The notes under the pieces: generated by a model
Told to the model about the DNA's origin: nothing
The model's input: only the letters and a program-made list of their open reading frames with translations
The model's database searches: none
In this document: positions 58,622-64,000 of the stretch, piece by piece
Layout of the letters: each line of letters starts with the position of its first letter
Numbering within the stretch: position 1 is the stretch's first letter
Virus record (IMG/VR): IMGVR_UViG_3300027770_000027
Coordinates: 163,353-227,352 of that record
DNA: 64,000 bases
Strand: one strand, 5' to 3'
Position numbers and translations under genes: made by a program

Positions 58622-59110
58622 ATGATCTCTGAAAAAGAATTTGACAAAGAAGCTGCTATGCTTGCAGCGTTTACAGGTGGACAACTTAACACCATTGATA
58701 AAATGATGGATAGTTCTAGTGGACATTTACAAGCAAATCGACTTGATGTAAATTCCTTTATTGATACTTATAAAACTGGTAGTCGAATCAGAGCCAATCG
58801 ATCAGATCCTGCCAATAGAGGATATGTATCAGAAGATGTGGTGCAGTCTATGGTACCAGACAATTCTACCCTGTCTCGCGCAGAAAATGTGGAAATACAC
58901 ATAACACAACAAGCTCAAAATGTTTCAAATCCAATTGTTTCTGCTCCAGTTTCTGCAAATTCTCCCGTAGTAATCACATCAAAAATGGAAGAAGATATTG
59001 CTTCTATTAAAAATTTGATGGAAAGAATCAATGCCAATTTAACCAAAATGTCTGGTATGATGGGCAAGGTATTTTGCAGCTTGACAGAAAAGGAAAACTT
59101 CAACAAATAG
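58622..59110 (+). CDS. hypothetical protein
   Basis: TTGTTG-N17-TATAAT upstream; C-terminal coiled coil. Confidence 0.6.
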   Translation: MISEKEFDKEAAMLAAFTGGQLNTIDKMMDSSSGHLQANRLDVNSFIDTYKTGSRIRANRSDPANRGYVSEDVVQSMVPDNSTLSRAENVEIHITQQAQNVSNPIVSAPVSANSPVVITSKMEEDIASIKNLMERINANLTKMSGMMGKVFCSLTEKENFNK

Positions 59111-59115
59111 TTTAA

Positions 59116-59868
59116 ATGTCTAATATTCCTCTTCCGAAAAGCTATCTGGAAAAGATCCTCAAACCCATCAACAGACTTACGGAATGTTGTGTTTTAAATG
59201 CCGTAGACGATACTTTATATTCTGTGTGTAGTTCCGCAGATAATACAGTTATTTTATATGCCAAAGCCCAACTTCCGGTTAAAGTAGATCCAAAAGTTCG
59301 ATTAAATTTAATCAGTATTAAAAAGTTTCTATCTGGACTAGAATGCTTAGGACCAGACGGATTATTTTCAATGGAATGTGATACTAATAGTATTCGTTGT
59401 GAGCTACACAATCCAGAATCCGGTGAAAAGACACATTTTAAATATCACTTGGTAGATGACAGTATTGTCAAGGAAGCACCCGTAAATTTAAATAAAATAT
59501 CAGCATTAAAATTTAATACAGAATTTGTTTTAATACCATCAAAATTGAAACAAATCATGTCTGCATATGCGTTTGCGTCTGATATGACAAAAATTTATTT
59601 TTACTCAAAAGGAGATTCTCTTATTGCAGAAATTAATGATAAGACCCTTCAAAATGTAGATAATATTACACTAGTAGCTACCAATGTAATTGAAGGAGAT
59701 CCTATAGATGAGCCGATTCCCTTAAGTCTAGAGGTGTTTAAAAATCTAGCTCAGTGTAAAACAAATGTTAAAGTAAAGTACAATTCTCAATATAAAGTCT
59801 TTGTGTTTCAAAATATGGAGGAAGAGGGTGTGGAACTTAAATATATCATTTCTGCTCTAGTAAAGTAG
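59116..59868 (+). CDS. gp45: sliding clamp, gp45-like
   Basis: 250 aa with two-domain alpha/beta periodicity, ILYA, I..KF, Y.L.D..I, C-terminal Y.ISAL; replication context. Confidence 0.65.
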   Translation: MSNIPLPKSYLEKILKPINRLTECCVLNAVDDTLYSVCSSADNTVILYAKAQLPVKVDPKVRLNLISIKKFLSGLECLGPDGLFSMECDTNSIRCELHNPESGEKTHFKYHLVDDSIVKEAPVNLNKISALKFNTEFVLIPSKLKQIMSAYAFASDMTKIYFYSKGDSLIAEINDKTLQNVDNITLVATNVIEGDPIDEPIPLSLEVFKNLAQCKTNVKVKYNSQYKVFVFQNMEEEGVELKYIISALVK

Positions 59869-59891
59869 TAAAAATTGTTAAATATATTTAT

Positions 59892-60215
59892 ATGGCAAAA
59901 AACAAAATTACCACATGTAGTTATTTCATAAAGAGGCTGCGTGATAGTGGATATGTCGCGGATAAACTATTTGATAATTATGGTAAAATCGATGCGAGAT
60001 CCTGGACCGCTATGATTGATCCAGAAAACACTTCAATTTTTGTCACTTGCTATAACAATCATAAACAATTAGGAGAAGAATATTTTGAAATTCATGATGG
60101 TGGGCAATATGTGCCAGAAAGATTCAAAATTAAAACTAGTTCTATAGAAGTTTTAATTGAATATTTGGTTAAATTTGGTATCAATAACAAGGCATCTACG
60201 TATGGCAATTCCTAA
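59892..60215 (+). CDS. hypothetical protein
   Basis: TAAATA 7 nt upstream. Confidence 0.65.
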   Translation: MAKNKITTCSYFIKRLRDSGYVADKLFDNYGKIDARSWTAMIDPENTSIFVTCYNNHKQLGEEYFEIHDGGQYVPERFKIKTSSIEVLIEYLVKFGINNKASTYGNS

Positions 60216-60663
60216 AAAAAATAATAAAAAAATCCAGGTCTCACGGCCACAAAAACTTCAAATCTCTGTAGCAGTTCCGTCTCTTTCTGGCATGGATGCT
60301 TCTGTTGCCTCTCAAATTATTTCTGAAATTAAAAATAATATTTTTAATTCTATCAATGATGCAGAACTCAAAAGTGCTTTGGATAAATGGATGAAGGAAA
60401 ATCATAATGATGTTCAAATAGCTGAAAGAGATTATATGTTATTAAAGTCTGTTATTACTGAATATCTAGATAGTTATATATTATTTGGTTATAACACTAA
60501 AGGAGAACGAATTATTGTACAGCATGCAAATTCTGCCAGAGACCGAGATGCTGTGATGGAATTTTTAAAAACTATATTCATGCAACAACAGCAAACTAAC
60601 TTCTTAGATCTTGAAGATAGTTATGACGAAGATGACGAAGATGATGAACAAGGAGAATTTTAA
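60202..60663 (+). CDS. hypothetical protein with basic N-terminus and acidic C-terminus
   Basis: Start moved to MAIPKK. Confidence 0.6.
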   Translation: MAIPKKNNKKIQVSRPQKLQISVAVPSLSGMDASVASQIISEIKNNIFNSINDAELKSALDKWMKENHNDVQIAERDYMLLKSVITEYLDSYILFGYNTKGERIIVQHANSARDRDAVMEFLKTIFMQQQQTNFLDLEDSYDEDDEDDEQGEF

Positions 60664-60665
60664 AT

Positions 60666-62282
60666 ATGTCTGACGCAGATAATAAAGGATTACAAGCACA
60701 TAATGAGTATCTAGCTAAACTGGCTGCAGATAATACATCTCAGCAGGACAAATATACTAGTAATTTTACAGAGCATGCCACTGGAGAAAGGGAAGAGTAT
60801 TATCCAGGAACTCTCAACAAAAACAAATACGGCGAGACCTTAATTAAAAATTTGGCTAGTGAAGATGAACACAAAGCCTCTATTAAAAACCAGGCAATAG
60901 TTCACGGTGGAGTTCATCCCACTGACATGAAGCTAAAATATAATAATCCTTATATAGGAGCAGATGATTTTGCTGCTGGAGATTCTCCAGATGGACCACA
61001 CGGAGTCCCTCTAATCAATTATCGATTAATGAGTAAGCTAAATGATCACTTGAATGATCCGGATTTTAATCCAATTTTAGCAGAGCCAGAAATTCCAATT
61101 ACTCCTAAATCTATAATGCCAGATTTGGCGGCATTTTCAAAAGTTGGTGATCCTAGATGGTCTTTAGGAGCCGCCCTGCAAAAGATGTTTCAAACACAGC
61201 TTCCTAAAATTAATGCTTGGCAAGAAATGGTAGAGGCTGGTGGGCAAATTATTAAAGATACCTACATATGTATGGCAGACGGCACTATCATTAAAAAAGC
61301 ATCTGCAGAAACTCTCAACTATCTCAATAATTTAAACGGCGCTTCTCAAGTGGATGTAACAACTACTTCAGACGGAACCGGCGAATCAACTGTCAATATA
61401 AAAAGTACTCCATTTTCTTTGAGTGGATCTTCATTTACCATCCCCCCTCCAAGTGCCGAGAAAATGGTTGAAGATTTTCATCGAGAAAGAAATGCTGCTC
61501 TTAAGAGACATGCGGATGCCTTTGTTGCATATATTAAAAATCATTATATGACTCCTATATGGATTCCATCTATTGAAGAATTTAAGACATGGGACGTAGA
61601 AGCGGTAATGCTTAATCCTCCTGGTATGTTCTTTTTAAGACTCAAATGGTATGTTTGGTATAAAGAATTTGTCCGAGAAAAATTTATACCCAAGCATTGG
61701 GAGATTAGAGATCCTAATAATCCAAACAAATGGGTTTATTATGCTGATTGGTATAATGAAAATGACACTGTAAATGGCATAGGACATTTTGTTACAGAAG
61801 ATCCCAGTGCCCCTAACGGAGCACCAGATCCAGAAACAGTTGGTACTGCTGGAGAGTATTATAATGGAACATTTTTTACAAATACAGCATTAAACCAATT
61901 TGGAAAACAAGCTTTATTGGATGCAAAAACTCAAATTCGACTAATACCTTCTTATTGGGAGGGTTATTGGGACATCTTCAACAATGAACAGGGAGGCCCA
62001 GGACCTGCAAGTTGGCGCAACAGCAAGGGTAAAGACGGGGGTCCTAGATTTAGACCAGGTAAATATAATGGCTGGCGCCACGTCAGTGAGTCACGAGGCC
62101 CAACTAATGGCGAACTAACAAACATTAGAGCAAAAAGATATTACCAAGACCAAATGGATTATGTCGTTGCAGAATTAGCAGTCCCTCGAAAGGATGTTGG
62201 TAATATAATTGCTACCAACAACCATCGAGAAGCTATGAGAGACTTGTCAGAACCGATTCCTGACTACACCACAATGACTTAA
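60666..62282 (+). CDS. hypothetical protein (538 aa)
   Basis: Long ORF, W/P/G-rich C-terminal half, no recognised motif. Confidence 0.7.
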   Translation: MSDADNKGLQAHNEYLAKLAADNTSQQDKYTSNFTEHATGEREEYYPGTLNKNKYGETLIKNLASEDEHKASIKNQAIVHGGVHPTDMKLKYNNPYIGADDFAAGDSPDGPHGVPLINYRLMSKLNDHLNDPDFNPILAEPEIPITPKSIMPDLAAFSKVGDPRWSLGAALQKMFQTQLPKINAWQEMVEAGGQIIKDTYICMADGTIIKKASAETLNYLNNLNGASQVDVTTTSDGTGESTVNIKSTPFSLSGSSFTIPPPSAEKMVEDFHRERNAALKRHADAFVAYIKNHYMTPIWIPSIEEFKTWDVEAVMLNPPGMFFLRLKWYVWYKEFVREKFIPKHWEIRDPNNPNKWVYYADWYNENDTVNGIGHFVTEDPSAPNGAPDPETVGTAGEYYNGTFFTNTALNQFGKQALLDAKTQIRLIPSYWEGYWDIFNNEQGGPGPASWRNSKGKDGGPRFRPGKYNGWRHVSESRGPTNGELTNIRAKRYYQDQMDYVVAELAVPRKDVGNIIATNNHREAMRDLSEPIPDYTTMT

Positions 62283-64000
62283 TCGCAATTAAGAATCTTC
62301 GGGGTCTTAACTGTACCCTTATATGGTGTACCAGCTGGTGGGTCTCCAGGGTGTTTGTCCACTCGAGGATTGCCGCCAGCAGTGAAATCTGGTCCAGCAT
62401 CTGGTGGTGGTAAATTGGGAACCACAAAATATTTCCACCAAGAAGATCCTGGATCACCAGGTCCACCGTTAGGAATTAGGTCCATATTAGGATCTACGTA
62501 TCTGTCTACGTAATTTTTGCCTTTGAATGGATCTTCTGGGTCTAGACCATAAGATTCATTTCTTGCTTTTGACCAAGTTGCTCCACCACCACACGGTCCG
62601 GGTTTGCAATGAGGTCCGGGCCTTGGGAAAGATCCTTTGACCCCAGCTGGAGCCGGGATTGGAGATGTAGAGTGCTCAGCAGATCCAGCAGTTGCTTCAC
62701 GAGTCATATAATAATTGCCCAAAGGCACACTAACCTCTCCACCGTGTTCCATGGAAAACATTTGATGATTGTGATAAAAACTAAATACCGGACACATACC
62801 GCCCCACAAACCAGTAGTATAAGCCGGCCCACCACCAACAGCACATATTGAATATCCTATGGTAACCACCAAACACCATCCACTGATAATAGGATCTAGT
62901 GTAATAGCATTCATAACCTGATCATACAGACCCATTGTGAAGCTCATTATATTATCTGCTCTGAGAATCCATCCCAAGTCTAATGCCACTTTACCTATCA
63001 TGTCTTTAGTGTTACTGGCAGTTCTTAAAGCAATAGAAGAACCTACTCCATAACCAACACTAGTGGCTATTTGACTAGTTTTTGTTGGCGTAACAGGAGC
63101 CGACATTGATGGACAATGTAAAAACGGTATATGGGCAGCTCCGTCTATACTAAGGGAGCCAGTTGCGTGAATATTTTTACTAGTTGATATATTTCCATTT
63201 ACATGACACCTGTCAGAATCTATAACAATTCCACCGTCTCCACTTCGGTCATTTGCTACCAAATGAATCATTTTTCCAGAAACTGTAGTTTTATTTCCAG
63301 AACTGAGAAGAGCTTCTCCGGCTTGTGCATGTATTTCTACACTTCCTCCAGACACATCTATTAGCCCCTTAGTTTCTAAACGAATACCCGGGGCGCCAGC
63401 ATTGACTGTAAATTTTTCTGAAACATTTACATATAAATTAGCATCTGTGAGCTGAACTGGTTGTGCATAAATAGCTCGAGGACAATTTCCTATAGATACT
63501 GGATACACTCCGTTTTGACCCACACCAGATCCAGTTTGCATTGCGTGATAATCTTTGGTAAAATGAACATCTTGTTCATTTTTAGCCAATCCGATGTTTA
63601 TAACACAACCATTTTTAGTAGAAACTAAGAAATCTGCAGACTTGCCTAAATTAATTTGATGTTTATTAATTTCTTCTTGATTAGATTTAATACCATTATC
63701 TCGATGTGAATTTAGAGTATTCATCGAGGCTTGTGGACTGGCCACCGTATGATTTTTACATCCCGGAGAACCACAAGATTTTTTCATCGTGCTTGGCATA
63801 GCGGCAGCCGCGGGCTTAACAGACAATTTACTCGCCACTAACTGGAAAAATTTAGAAACATACTTCATGTAAGGACCTATATAAGGTACTTCAGTTAATA
63901 AGTCTAAATATTTTGTAGTATATACCCATATTTTAGAATGTTCATCTCGAAGCCTCATTGAGTTACACACTCCACAAGGAATTCTTGGATCCACGGCAGC
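62279..64000 (-). CDS. C-terminal part of a gp5/VgrG-like baseplate spike (5' end outside the window)
   Basis: Beta-helix periodicity (KFTVNAG..GI.L.T.G.I.V.GG.V.I.A), HNH tip-like motif, frame open to the edge. Confidence 0.55.
   Translation of the reverse strand, partial: AAVDPRIPCGVCNSMRLRDEHSKIWVYTTKYLDLLTEVPYIGPYMKYVSKFFQLVASKLSVKPAAAAMPSTMKKSCGSPGCKNHTVASPQASMNTLNSHRDNGIKSNQEEINKHQINLGKSADFLVSTKNGCVINIGLAKNEQDVHFTKDYHAMQTGSGVGQNGVYPVSIGNCPRAIYAQPVQLTDANLYVNVSEKFTVNAGAPGIRLETKGLIDVSGGSVEIHAQAGEALLSSGNKTTVSGKMIHLVANDRSGDGGIVIDSDRCHVNGNISTSKNIHATGSLSIDGAAHIPFLHCPSMSAPVTPTKTSQIATSVGYGVGSSIALRTASNTKDMIGKVALDLGWILRADNIMSFTMGLYDQVMNAITLDPIISGWCLVVTIGYSICAVGGGPAYTTGLWGGMCPVFSFYHNHQMFSMEHGGEVSVPLGNYYMTREATAGSAEHSTSPIPAPAGVKGSFPRPGPHCKPGPCGGGATWSKARNESYGLDPEDPFKGKNYVDRYVDPNMDLIPNGGPGDPGSSWWKYFVVPNLPPPDAGPDFTAGGNPRVDKHPGDPPAGTPYKGTVKTPKILNCD

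Noticed and set aside
1233-62851. Numerous short antisense or alternate-frame ORFs in the track (e.g. 1948..2358, 14227..14610, 17194..17568, 24406..24750)
   Set aside because: Nested in well-supported genes with no motifs; treated as shadow ORFs
1-64000. Stop-codon reassignment
   Set aside because: Core genes are full length in code 11, and TAA, TAG and TGA all end genes at operon junctions
1-64000. tRNA, rRNA or structured ncRNA genes
   Set aside because: Intergenic gaps are short and no cloverleaf or T-loop signature was seen by eye; tRNAscan/Infernal would be needed to exclude them

Overview
The window is a 64-kb segment of a large, AT-rich T4-like myophage genome read in the standard genetic code, with no host genes. 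Virion genes: head completion gp4, neck gp13, portal gp20, tail terminator gp15, a 1557-aa NHL-propeller tail fibre and a partial gp5-like spike. Replication, recombination and late-transcription genes: gp61, gp62, uvsY, uvsW, gp55, gp47, gp46, gp43, thyX, uvsX, gp41, gp32 and gp45. Three accessory systems stand out. (1) A complete 7-deazaguanine pathway (folE2, queD, queE, queC, a stand-alone Ntn amidotransferase and a DpdA/TGT-like gene next to the polymerase) is interleaved with the replisome genes; the queC-gat block also carries a GT2 glycosyltransferase and a DUF366 ligase-fold gene, suggesting an undescribed hypermodified guanine. (2) A ~12.4-kb island of 16 glycosyltransferase, methyltransferase and epimerase genes splits gp47 from gp46, and virion proteins look enriched in an [LIV]-S-[AGS] motif (possible virion glycosylation). 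(3) Two tandem Tat-signal DUF1501 genes of Planctomycetes/Verrucomicrobia type lie behind a late-promoter-like motif and point to a PVC host. Promoter spacing suggests mostly leaderless or very short-leader mRNAs. All family assignments come from motif recognition by eye; no database search was run.
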